Of a stretch of DNA of 30,748 nucleotides, positions 16,965 through 25,833 are shown in pieces. Location: positions 1 to 30,748 of the forward strand of contig DATAGF010000183.1 in assembly GCA_036257075.1 (NCBI GenBank), read 5' to 3'. The notes under the pieces were generated by a model, which was given only the letters and a program-made list of their open reading frames with translations, searched no databases and was not told where the DNA came from. Within the stretch, counting starts at the first letter, position 1; the number at the start of each line of letters is the position of its first letter. Source of the stretch: Miltoncostaeaceae bacterium (GTDB taxonomy: Bacteria > Actinomycetota > Thermoleophilia > Miltoncostaeales > Miltoncostaeaceae). Made by a program: the position numbers and the translations under genes.

Positions 16965-17704
16965 GCCCGGCTCCGCTCCGCGAGCGCCTCGAGCCCCTCG
17001 GCGACCGTGAAGCGGCCCTCGTAGAGCGCCCGCCCCACGATCACCCCGGAGAGGTTGGCGAGCCGGAGCTCGCGCAGGCGGCGCAGGTCGTCGAGCGACG
17101 AGACGCCGCCCGCCGCGATGATCTTGAGCGGCGGGACGGCCTCGGAGACGCGCCGCAGCGCGGCCAGGTTCGGCCCCCCGAGGGTCCCGTCGCGGTTGAT
17201 GTCCGTGTAGGCGAGGCGACGCACGCCGGTCCTCACGAGCTCGGTGGCGACGTCGACCGCCTCGCGGTCGGAGAGCTGGGTCCAGCCGTGGGTCGCAAGG
17301 CGGCCCTGGCGGGCGTCCAGGCCGACGACGAGGGCATCCCCGAGCCGGTCGATCGCCCACTCGAGCAGCGTGCGGTCCTCCACCACCGCGGTCCCCACGA
17401 CGACGCGGTCCACGCCGGTGGCCAGGGCGGTCTCGATCGCGGGTCGCGAGCGCAGCCCGCCGCCCAGGTGCACCGTGCCGGGAAACGCGGCTGCGATGCT
17501 CGCCACGGTCGCGGCGTGCACCGGCTCGCCCTGGCGGGCGCCGTCGAGGTCGACGACGTGGAGCACCGAGGCGCCGGCCTCGGCGAAGGCCCGGGCCTGC
17601 GCCACCGGGTCCTCGCTGAAGACGGTCGGCTGGGCGAAGTCGCCGCGCCGCAGGCGCACCGCGCGGCCGTCCTGCAGGTCGATGGCCGGATAGAGGTCGA
17701 TCAC
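16961..17704 (-). CDS. hisA: ProFAR isomerase
   Basis: [42 protein letters not shown] and GRALYEG motifs. Confidence 0.96.
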   Translation of the reverse strand: MIDLYPAIDLQDGRAVRLRRGDFAQPTVFSEDPVAQARAFAEAGASVLHVVDLDGARQGEPVHAATVASIAAAFPGTVHLGGGLRSRPAIETALATGVDRVVVGTAVVEDRTLLEWAIDRLGDALVVGLDARQGRLATHGWTQLSDREAVDVATELVRTGVRRLAYTDINRDGTLGGPNLAALRRVSEAVPPLKIIAAGGVSSLDDLRRLRELRLANLSGVIVGRALYEGRFTVAEGLEALAERSRA

Positions 17705-18405
17705 GTGGCGGTGGCGGCGCCGGTCGCCGCGCGGATGCCGGCCAGCCAGCGACCGAGCAGCGCGAGCCCGGCCGCGCTGGACTTCTCCGGGTGGAACTGG
17801 AGCCCGGTCACGCCCGGCCGGCCCGCGGCCGCGCAGAACTCGACGCCGTGGCGGGCGCGCCCCAGCACCAGGGCCTCGTCCTCGGGCTCGGGCGCGAAGC
17901 TGTGCACGAAGTAGTAGGTCGCGTCGGCCGCGCGACCGCTCTCCGGCCCAAGGCCGCTCTCCGGCGACCACGCCACCTCGCTCCAGCCGATGTGCGGCAG
18001 CTTGCGGTCGGTGCGGAGGCGCCGCACCGGGCCCGGCAGGACTCCCATGCCCGCGACCCCCGGGCTCTCCTCGCTCTCGGCGAAGAGCAGCTGGAGGCCG
18101 ACGCAGAAGCCCAGGATCGGCACCCCCTCGTCGGCCGCGCGCAGCACCGCTCGGTCGAGCCCGTGCTCGCGGATCCGCCGCATGGCCTCGCCGAAGTGGC
18201 CCACCCCGGGCAGCACGACGGCGTCGGCGCCGGGCACGTCGGCCGGGTCGCCGGTCACGCGGACGTCCGCCCCCAGCAGCTCGAGCGCCTTCGTGGCGCT
18301 GCGCAGGTTGCTCACGCGGTAGTCGAGGACGGCCAGACGGACGGGTGGGCCCTCCTCGGTCATGGCGCCTCGGGCGGGCGCGACGACCTCGTCGGGCCGT
18401 GTCAC
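17701..18405 (-). CDS. hisH: Imidazole glycerol phosphate synthase glutaminase subunit
   Basis: PGVGHF, GFCVGLQ (catalytic Cys), YFVHSF and QFHPEKS motifs. The start is GTG 18405 (overlapping the hisB TGA) or ATG 18363. Confidence 0.95.
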   Translation of the reverse strand: MTRPDEVVAPARGAMTEEGPPVRLAVLDYRVSNLRSATKALELLGADVRVTGDPADVPGADAVVLPGVGHFGEAMRRIREHGLDRAVLRAADEGVPILGFCVGLQLLFAESEESPGVAGMGVLPGPVRRLRTDRKLPHIGWSEVAWSPESGLGPESGRAADATYYFVHSFAPEPEDEALVLGRARHGVEFCAAAGRPGVTGLQFHPEKSSAAGLALLGRWLAGIRAATGAATAT

Positions 18406-18989
18406 AGAGAGCCCTTGGTCGAGGGGATCCCGGCCACCCGCGGGTTCGGCGCCGCCGCGGCCGCCAGCGCGCGCGCCACGGCCTTCACGCTGCCCTCGAT
18501 GGCGTGGTGGGCGCCGCCGGGGGCCAGCAGGCGCACGTGCAGGGTCAGGCGCGCGTGGTTGGCGAGGCCGCGCAGGAACTCGCCCAGCGCCTCGGTCTCG
18601 AACCCGCCGATCACCACGTCGGGCAGAGGGACGTCGACCGCCGCGAAGGGGCGCCCCGACAGGTCGATCGCCGCCTGCGCCAGGCACTCGTCCATCGGGA
18701 CGACGGCCGAGCCGTAGCGCTCGATGCCGGCGCGGTCGCCCAGCGCCTCGGCCAGGGCCTGCCCCAGCGTGATGCCGACGTCCTCCACCGTGTGGTGGCT
18801 GCCGGTCTCCAGGTCGCCCGTCGCCGCCACCTCGAGGTCCACCAGCGAGTGGCGGGCGAGGAGCGTGAGCATGTGGTCGAAGAAGCCCACGCCGGTCGAC
18901 ACGTCCGACAGCCCGGACCCGTCCACGTCGATGCGCACCCGCACGTCGGTCTCGCCGGTGGTCCGGCGCACCTCGGCCCGGCGGCTCAC
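18402..18989 (-). CDS. hisB: Imidazoleglycerol-phosphate dehydratase
   Basis: RTTGETD, FFDHML, HHTVEDVGI, PMDE, HHAIEG and PSTKGSL motifs. Confidence 0.97.
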   Translation of the reverse strand: MSRRAEVRRTTGETDVRVRIDVDGSGLSDVSTGVGFFDHMLTLLARHSLVDLEVAATGDLETGSHHTVEDVGITLGQALAEALGDRAGIERYGSAVVPMDECLAQAAIDLSGRPFAAVDVPLPDVVIGGFETEALGEFLRGLANHARLTLHVRLLAPGGAHHAIEGSVKAVARALAAAAAPNPRVAGIPSTKGSL

Positions 18990-20251
18990 GGCCGCATCCT
19001 CGCCTCGGCGGAGCGCCGGTGCATCGGGAAGCCCTCGGCGTCGGCCAGCGCCGCCAGGTGCGGCGTGAGCGCCTCCACCGCCTCGTCGGTCATCTCGACC
19101 ACCGACATCCTCCGCAGGAACGTTGTGGGCCCGAGGGCCGACGCGTGGCGCGCGGCGCCCCCCGTGGGCAGGACGTGGTTGGAGCCCGCGACGTAGTCGC
19201 CGAAAGCGGTTGCGCAGTTGGGCCCCACGAACACCGCGCCCGCCCGGGTGATCTCGGCCGCGACCGCCTGGGGGTCGCGGGTGGCGACCTCCAGGTGCTC
19301 CGGGGCGAAGGCCTCGGCCAGCTCGATCGCCAGCGGCATGCTGGCACACTCGACCAGGGTGATGGGGCCGACGGCCGCCGGCAGGCGCTCCAGCGCCCCC
19401 GCGACGGCCTCCACGACCTCGGGGTCGTCGCTCGCCAGGACGGCCGGCGAGTCGGGCCCGTGCTCGGCCTGGGCGAGCAGGTCCAGCGCCATCGCGTCCG
19501 GGTCGGCGCTGGCGTCGGCGATGACCATCACCTCGCTGGGCCCCGCGAGCCCGTCGATCCCGACCGTCCCCGCCACCTGGCGCTTGGCCTCCTGCACCCA
19601 GGGGCTGCCCGGCCCGACGACCACGGCGACGGGCGCGATCGTGGCGGTGCCGTAGGCGAGCGCGCCGATGGCCGCCGCGCCGCCTGCGGCGTAGACCTCC
19701 TCGACGCCCAGCAGCCCGGCCGTCGCGAGGATGGCCGCCGACGGGCGGCCGTCCTCGCCGGGAGGGCTGACCACGGCGATCCGCCCGACCCCCGCGACCT
19801 GGGCGGGGACCGCGGCCATGATCAGGCTCGAGGGGTAGGCGGCCCGCCCGCCCGGCACGTAGCAGCCGGCCGAGTCGACCGGCACCCGGCGCACCTGGAT
19901 CCGCTGGCCGTAGGGCAGGCCGACGTGGCGGTCGTCGGGCAGCAGGGCCTCGGCGACGATCCGCACCTGGGCGGAGGCGGCCACGATCGCCGCGCGCAGG
20001 TCGTCATCGAGGCGCTCGGTCGCGCGCTCGATGGCCGCCGGCGGGACGCGCAGGCGCTCGTGCGTGAAGCCGGCGCAGTCGAAGCGCCGGGCCGACTCCA
20101 CCAGCGCGTCGTCCCCCCGCGCGCGCACGTCCTCGAGGGTGGCGGCGACGCCCTCGCGCAGCCCCTCGACATCAGCGTCGGCGCGCAGGGTGTGCGCGAT
20201 CGCCTGGGCCCCGCCGGCCCGCAGGCGCGCGCGGCGCGGCGGGCCGCTCAC
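18986..20251 (-). CDS. hisD: Histidinol dehydrogenase
   Basis: YVPGGRAAYPSS, GIDGLAGPSEV, DLLAQAEH, PEHLE and GDYVAGSNHVLPT motifs. Confidence 0.96.
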   Translation of the reverse strand: MSGPPRRARLRAGGAQAIAHTLRADADVEGLREGVAATLEDVRARGDDALVESARRFDCAGFTHERLRVPPAAIERATERLDDDLRAAIVAASAQVRIVAEALLPDDRHVGLPYGQRIQVRRVPVDSAGCYVPGGRAAYPSSLIMAAVPAQVAGVGRIAVVSPPGEDGRPSAAILATAGLLGVEEVYAAGGAAAIGALAYGTATIAPVAVVVGPGSPWVQEAKRQVAGTVGIDGLAGPSEVMVIADASADPDAMALDLLAQAEHGPDSPAVLASDDPEVVEAVAGALERLPAAVGPITLVECASMPLAIELAEAFAPEHLEVATRDPQAVAAEITRAGAVFVGPNCATAFGDYVAGSNHVLPTGGAARHASALGPTTFLRRMSVVEMTDEAVEALTPHLAALADAEGFPMHRRSAEARMRP

Positions 20252-20313
20252 GCCGCCGCCCGACGAGTCGCCGCGCCGCCGAGAGCGCGGGTACGACGAG
20301 GAGGGCGCCTCAT
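20248..20313 (-). CDS. Possible 21-aa mini-ORF (MRRPPRRTRALGGAATRRAAA) bridging hisG and hisD
   Basis: Its ATG overlaps the hisG TGA and its TGA overlaps the hisD GTG, but codon usage is atypical. Confidence 0.3.
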   Translation of the reverse strand: MRRPPRRTRALGGAATRRAAA

Positions 20314-20939
20314 GGGGCCTCCCGCTCGAGCCGGTCGGCCAGGCGGTCGACGGCGTCCGCCCGCAGGGTCTGGCTGACGCGGTTGGCGATCAGGCGCGCA
20401 GACGAGGCGAAGAGCTCCTCCCGCTCGACGAGCCCGTTCTCGCGCAGGGTGCGGCCGGTGTCCACGAGGTCGACGATGCCGTGGGCCAGCCCGACCAGCG
20501 GCGCGAGCTCCACCGAGCCGTTGACCTTGACCACCTCGGCCTGGCGGCCGGTGGCCGTGAAGTGAGCCGCGGCGGTCACCGGGTACTTGGTGGCGACGCG
20601 CACCGCGCCCAGGTGCTCCAGGGCCGCCGGGGTGGGGTCGTCGCCGGCCGAGGTCGCGTAGACCATCCGGCAGCGGCCGAAGCCCAGGTCGAGCAGCTCG
20701 TAGACGTCCGGGCCCTGCTCGAGCAGCACGTCCTTGCCCACGATGCCGAGGTCGGCCGCGCCGCTCTCGACGTAGGTGGGCACATCCGAGGGGCGAGTGG
20801 TGATGTAGGTCGTGCCGTTGCCGGCCGCCACCACAAGGCGGCGGCCCGCGTCGCGCAGCGGCGCGACGTCGAGCCCGGCGCGCCCGAGGGCCGCGACGGC
20901 GCCGTCGAAGAGGGCGCCCAGCGGCACGCAGATCCTCAG
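20310..20939 (-). CDS. hisG: ATP phosphoribosyltransferase, short form (non-canonical start likely)
   Basis: RPSDVPTYVESGAADLGIVGKDVLLE, LGFGRCR, ATKYP, GSVELAP and IVDLVDTGRTLRENGL motifs. The conserved first strand LRICVP lies upstream of the first GTG (20927). Confidence 0.95.
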   Translation of the reverse strand: MRICVPLGALFDGAVAALGRAGLDVAPLRDAGRRLVVAAGNGTTYITTRPSDVPTYVESGAADLGIVGKDVLLEQGPDVYELLDLGFGRCRMVYATSAGDDPTPAALEHLGAVRVATKYPVTAAAHFTATGRQAEVVKVNGSVELAPLVGLAHGIVDLVDTGRTLRENGLVEREELFASSARLIANRVSQTLRADAVDRLADRLEREAP

Positions 20940-22185
20940 GTCGGCGATGACACGGCCTCCTCGAGCCGGGCGACTCCCGAGCGCCGCTCGCCCGTCAGGC
21001 GGTCGAGCACCGCGTAGCCGTCGCCGGCCGCCCGGGCCACGAAGCGCCAGCCGTCCGCGGCGGCGAGGTCCTCGGCGCGGTCGTCGTCGGCGGCCGACAG
21101 CGCGACGACGGCGACCCCGGCGCGGCGCGCGGCGGCCGCCGCCGCGGGGTCGTCGTCGAGACCGCCCACGAGCACCACCCCGTCGCGGGGCGGCGCCGGC
21201 GCGGCGCCTGCGGTCATCAGCGCGCGGTGGAGGGCGTCGAGCACGATCGCGAAGCCGACGGCCGGCCGCGCGCGGCCGAAGCGGCCGCCGAGGCCGTCAT
21301 AGCGACCGCCCATGGCGACGGGCTCGCCGACCCCGCGCGCGTAGGCCTCGAAGACCACGCCGGAGTAGTACGGCCAGTCGCGCATCACGCCCAGGTCGAC
21401 CACGACGGCGTCGCCGGCGCCGTGCTCGCCGACGAGCGCCAGCATCCGCGCCATGCGCTCGCACGCGGCGGCCGCGCCGGGCACCCGCTCGCCGATCCGG
21501 TCCAGCACCTCGGCGCCGCCGCGCAGAGCGGGCAGCCGCTCCACGAGCCCCGCCGCAGGGCCCTCCGCCGCCCCCCGGGCGAGGCGCCGCCATCCCGCGA
21601 CGTCACGGGCGGCCAGGGCCGCGCGCAGGGCCGCCCGCAGCTCGGGGTCGGCGACGGCGCCCTCGAGCACCGCCCCCGTCAGCGACACGTCCGCGACGCC
21701 GATCGTGAGCCCCTCCAGCCCGGTCGCGGCGAGGCTGTCGGCCAGCAGGGCGATCGCCTCGGCGTCGGCTCCGGGGCCGTCGGCGCCCACCAACTCCACC
21801 CCGGCCTGGCGCTGCTCGGAGGCGCGCGGCCGCCCGACCGGCGGCGGCCTGAAGGCGCGCGCCAGGTAGAACGCCCGCACCGGGCCCGGGTGGTCCGCCA
21901 TCCTGGTCGCGACGAGCCGCGCCACCGGGATCGTGAGGTCGGGTCGCAGCACCAGCACCCGCCCGTGGTCGTCGAAGAGCCGGAACGCCTCGCGCAGCCC
22001 GCCCTCCTGGGCCCGGTCGATCACCTCGGCGAACTCCAGCACCGGCGTCATGATCTCGCGGTAGCCGTAGCGGGTGAAGCGCTCGCGCAGGGCGGCCTCG
22101 ACCGCCCGCAGCTCCTGGGCCTCCACCGCCAGCACGTCCCTGCCGCCGGCGGGCAGCGCCCCCGGCGGGATCTCACTCGCGGTCA

Positions 22186-22189
<4 letters not shown>
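20936..22189 (-). CDS. hisZ: ATP phosphoribosyltransferase regulatory subunit
   Basis: HisRS-like paralog with GYREIMTPVLEF, LRPDLTIPVAR, QAGVEL, YYSGVVFE and GGRYDGL motifs, directly upstream of the short hisG. Confidence 0.93.
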
Positions 22190-23472
<1,283 letters not shown>

Positions 23473-23480
23473 GTCCCCGG

Positions 23481-23486
23481 AAGCTA
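23481..23486 (-). promoter_or_regulatory. Putative -10 box TAGCTT for leaderless murA-his, overlapping the upstream TAG stop
   Basis: TANNNT match, 8 nt before GTG 23472. Confidence 0.5.
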
Positions 23487-24650
23487 GCAGGAGGACAGCG
23501 CCGCGATCCCCGCGGCCAGGCGGGCCACGTCGGCCTCGTCGGTGAAGAAGCCGACCGAGGCCCGGAGCGCCTCCGGGCGCACGAGCGAGCGCACCACGAC
23601 GCCCCTGGCGGCGAGCTTTGCGGCCGTCTCGACGGGGGCTCTCCCGGCCACGGTGAAGGTCACCAGGCCCGCCTGCGGCCCTGGCGGGGTGAGCACCTCG
23701 ACGCCGTCGATCGCGGCCAGCGCCCGCCGCGCCGCGGCCTGGGCCTCGCGGACCCGGCCGTGGATCCACGGCCAGCCCAGCCCCGCCAGCCACGCCATTG
23801 CGGCATCCCAGGCCGCGAGCAGGGCGGCCGGCCCCGTGGACGCCTCGTAGCGGCGCGCGCCCGGCTGGGGCTCCATCGCCCCCTCCTCGCCGTGCGCGTC
23901 GCCGCCCGCGGCGCTCTCCAGGCCCGCCACGGTCACGTCGATGCGCTCCATGGCCTCCGGGCGCACCCAGAGCACCCCGAGCCCCTCGGGCCCGAGCAGC
24001 CACTTGTGGGCGGGGAAGGCGTAGGCGTCGGCGCCCAGGGCCGCCGCGTCCACGGGAATCGTGCCGACTGCCTGGGCGCCGTCGACGACGACCAGGGCGC
24101 CCGCCGCGCGGGCCGCGCGGGCGGCGCCGGGCACGTCGAGCACCGCCCCGGTCGACCAGGAGACGTGCGAGAGCGCCACCAGGCGCGTCCGGGGCCCGGC
24201 GACCTCGCCGACCGCCGCCTCCAGGTCACCGCCGGCGCGCTCGGCACCGATCACCCGCAGGCGCGCCTCCGAGCGCCGCGCCACAACGGCGAGCGGCACC
24301 GTGAGGCCCGGGTGCTCCAGGGCCGTCGTGACGATCTCGTCGCCGGGGCGCCAGTCGATGCCCCAGGCGGCGAGGTTCACGCCCTGGGTGGTGTTGGCGG
24401 TGAGGGCGACGGTCTCAGGGCCGGCCCCGACGAGCTCCGCCGCCGCCGCGCGGACCGCCGCCGCCCGGGCCGCGCTGCGGCCGAAGCCCTCGAGGCTCCC
24501 GCGAGCCCGCGCGGGCGTCTCCGCGGCCCAGTCGGCCAGCGCCCGCGCCGCCGGCAGGCAGAGGGGGCCGATGGCGCCGCTGTTGAGGTAGGTCGTGGAC
24601 GCCAGCACGGGCAGCTGGGCCCGCACCTCGGCCAGGTCGGGTGGCGTCAC
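23484..24650 (-). CDS. PLP-dependent class V aminotransferase-fold enzyme (cystine C-S lyase/CefD/EgtE-like)
   Basis: YLNSGAIG, LEHP, LSHVSWSTG, VDGAQAVG, AHKWLLGPEG and LRAS motifs. It lacks the C-terminal catalytic Cys loop of IscS/SufS. Confidence 0.87.
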   Translation of the reverse strand: MTPPDLAEVRAQLPVLASTTYLNSGAIGPLCLPAARALADWAAETPARARGSLEGFGRSAARAAAVRAAAAELVGAGPETVALTANTTQGVNLAAWGIDWRPGDEIVTTALEHPGLTVPLAVVARRSEARLRVIGAERAGGDLEAAVGEVAGPRTRLVALSHVSWSTGAVLDVPGAARAARAAGALVVVDGAQAVGTIPVDAAALGADAYAFPAHKWLLGPEGLGVLWVRPEAMERIDVTVAGLESAAGGDAHGEEGAMEPQPGARRYEASTGPAALLAAWDAAMAWLAGLGWPWIHGRVREAQAAARRALAAIDGVEVLTPPGPQAGLVTFTVAGRAPVETAAKLAARGVVVRSLVRPEALRASVGFFTDEADVARLAAGIAALSSC

Positions 24651-24692
24651 GCGGGGCAGGCTCGCACACCGGCCGCGCCGCCACCGGGGCCG

Positions 24693-24722
24693 TTGCGTCC
24701 CCCCCGGGCCGATCGATATAAC
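24693..24722 (+). promoter_or_regulatory. Near-consensus primary-sigma promoter TTGCGT-N18-TATAAC, 7 nt before ATG 24730 (leaderless)
   Basis: Both hexamers are read directly from the sequence and form an AT-rich patch in very GC-rich DNA. Confidence 0.7.
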
Positions 24723-24729
24723 GGCCTCG

Positions 24730-24987
24730 ATGAGGCTCCTGCGAATGATGCCCGGCTACGGGGAGACCCTGATCGCCGAGGGCGACCCGCTCCAGGCGGA
24801 CGAGCGCGAGCGCCTCCTGAGCGAGTTCCGGCGCCAGCTGGACGAGGGCATGTGGGCCGCCGTCCCGGTCGCCGACCCCGGCACCGGCCGGCGGGAGGCG
24901 GTCCTCGTCACGGACTTCGACGAGATCCCGGAGGACGCCGAGCGCGTGCTGTTCTGGCCGCGCGCCGCCGGCGGCGGCGTCTCCTAG
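24730..24987 (+). CDS. 85-aa putative beta-grasp (ubiquitin/MoaD/ThiS-like) protein ending ...VLFWPRAAGG-GVS
   Basis: High GC3 and a promoter upstream. The C-terminus IPEDAERVLFWPRAAGG parallels the MoaD-type L.DGDEV..FPPV.GG. Confidence is for the CDS; the fold is an inference. Confidence 0.8.
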   Translation: MRLLRMMPGYGETLIAEGDPLQADERERLLSEFRRQLDEGMWAAVPVADPGTGRREAVLVTDFDEIPEDAERVLFWPRAAGGGVS

Positions 24988-24994
24988 GCGCGCG

Positions 24995-25663
24995 GTGGGC
25001 GGGCTCGGGGTCGTCGTCCTGGTCGTGACCTTGGGCGCGCTCGCGGCCGTCATGGGCCGCCCGATGCTGGGGCGCCGGCTGCGGACGCGCGGCCGGCGCA
25101 GTGCGCTCCCCTCCTGGATCCGCGAGCCGCCCCTCCCGCCCGAGGAGGCCGAGCAGCGCTCCCTGGAGCTCCTGCGCTCGGTCGTCAACGAGGACGAGTG
25201 GGCGCAGTTCTGCGAGCTCGGCTTCATCTGCGTCATCGGCCGCCGGGCGCCGCGGCCGGGCCGGCCCGCCGGCGGGCCGCCGCGCTACCGCTACCTGATC
25301 TACCCCCACCTGCCCGTGGTCGCCCTGCTGCCGCGCTCGATGGCGCCGGTGCGCGAGTACTGCGTGCAGTTCCCGGAGCGCGGGGGCGAGGGCGAGGGGA
25401 CGCCGCTCCTCCCCAGGGGCGACGACGTGCTGGCCAAGTGGATGACCCTGCGCGCCGACGAGGACCGCCTGCTGTCGTACGCGAACGTCGGCAACGCCGG
25501 CTGCCAGGTGCCGCTGAGCCGCATCGAGCGCGACATCGCGCGGCTCGAGCGCTGGACCGCGCGCGCGCGCAAGGATCAGAACGGCGGCTCGGGCTCCCCC
25601 GCCGGCGGCTCGCCGGGGGCGGCCGGGAGGTCCTCGGCCGTCAGCTCCTCGATCCTGCGCTGA
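24995..25663 (+). CDS. Hypothetical protein with an N-terminal TM helix and a Cys-containing soluble domain
   Basis: Starts 7 nt after the small GG protein and has high GC3. Hydrophobic stretch GLGVVVLVVTLGALAAVM; notable segments RYRYLIYP, EYCVQFP, LPRGDDVLAKW and DEDRLLSYAN. The last 29 codons overlap xseB antisense. Confidence 0.82.
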   Translation: MGGLGVVVLVVTLGALAAVMGRPMLGRRLRTRGRRSALPSWIREPPLPPEEAEQRSLELLRSVVNEDEWAQFCELGFICVIGRRAPRPGRPAGGPPRYRYLIYPHLPVVALLPRSMAPVREYCVQFPERGGEGEGTPLLPRGDDVLAKWMTLRADEDRLLSYANVGNAGCQVPLSRIERDIARLERWTARARKDQNGGSGSPAGGSPGAAGRSSAVSSSILR

Positions 25664-25833
25664 GCCGCGGCCAGGCGCTCGCGGCAGGCCGCCAGGTAGG
25701 CCTGCCCCCGCTCGAAGAGGGCCACGGCCTCCTCGAGGCCGACGTCGCCGCCCTCGAGCCGCGCGACGACCTCGTCGAGGCGCCGCAGCGCCTCCTCGAA
25801 GGTGAGCGGCTCGGGGGTCTTCTCGGCGCTCAG
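25576..25833 (-). CDS. xseB: Exodeoxyribonuclease VII small subunit (CTG start)
   Basis: TFEEALRRLDEVVARLE, LEEAVALFERG and RLAAAQRRIEEL motifs. SD GGAGG lies 5 nt upstream of CTG 25833. Confidence 0.93.
   Translation of the reverse strand: MSAEKTPEPLTFEEALRRLDEVVARLEGGDVGLEEAVALFERGQAYLAACRERLAAAQRRIEELTAEDLPAAPGEPPAGEPEPPF

Noticed and set aside
17701-18405. HisH N-terminal DYRVSNL instead of DYGxGNL as a sign of pseudogenisation
   Set aside because: The catalytic Cys, the His-x-Glu pair and the PGVG oxyanion strand are intact, so this is ordinary divergence.
23484-24650. Calling the PLP enzyme IscS/SufS cysteine desulfurase
   Set aside because: Neither the SSGSAC nor the RxGHHCA catalytic Cys motif is present in the C-terminal region.
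24730-24987. Calling the small protein Pup or UBact
   Set aside because: Those are disordered proteins ending GGE/GGQ (or GE) and encoded with pafA/dop and proteasome genes. This protein has hydrophobic beta-strand patterning, a different tail and no such neighbours.
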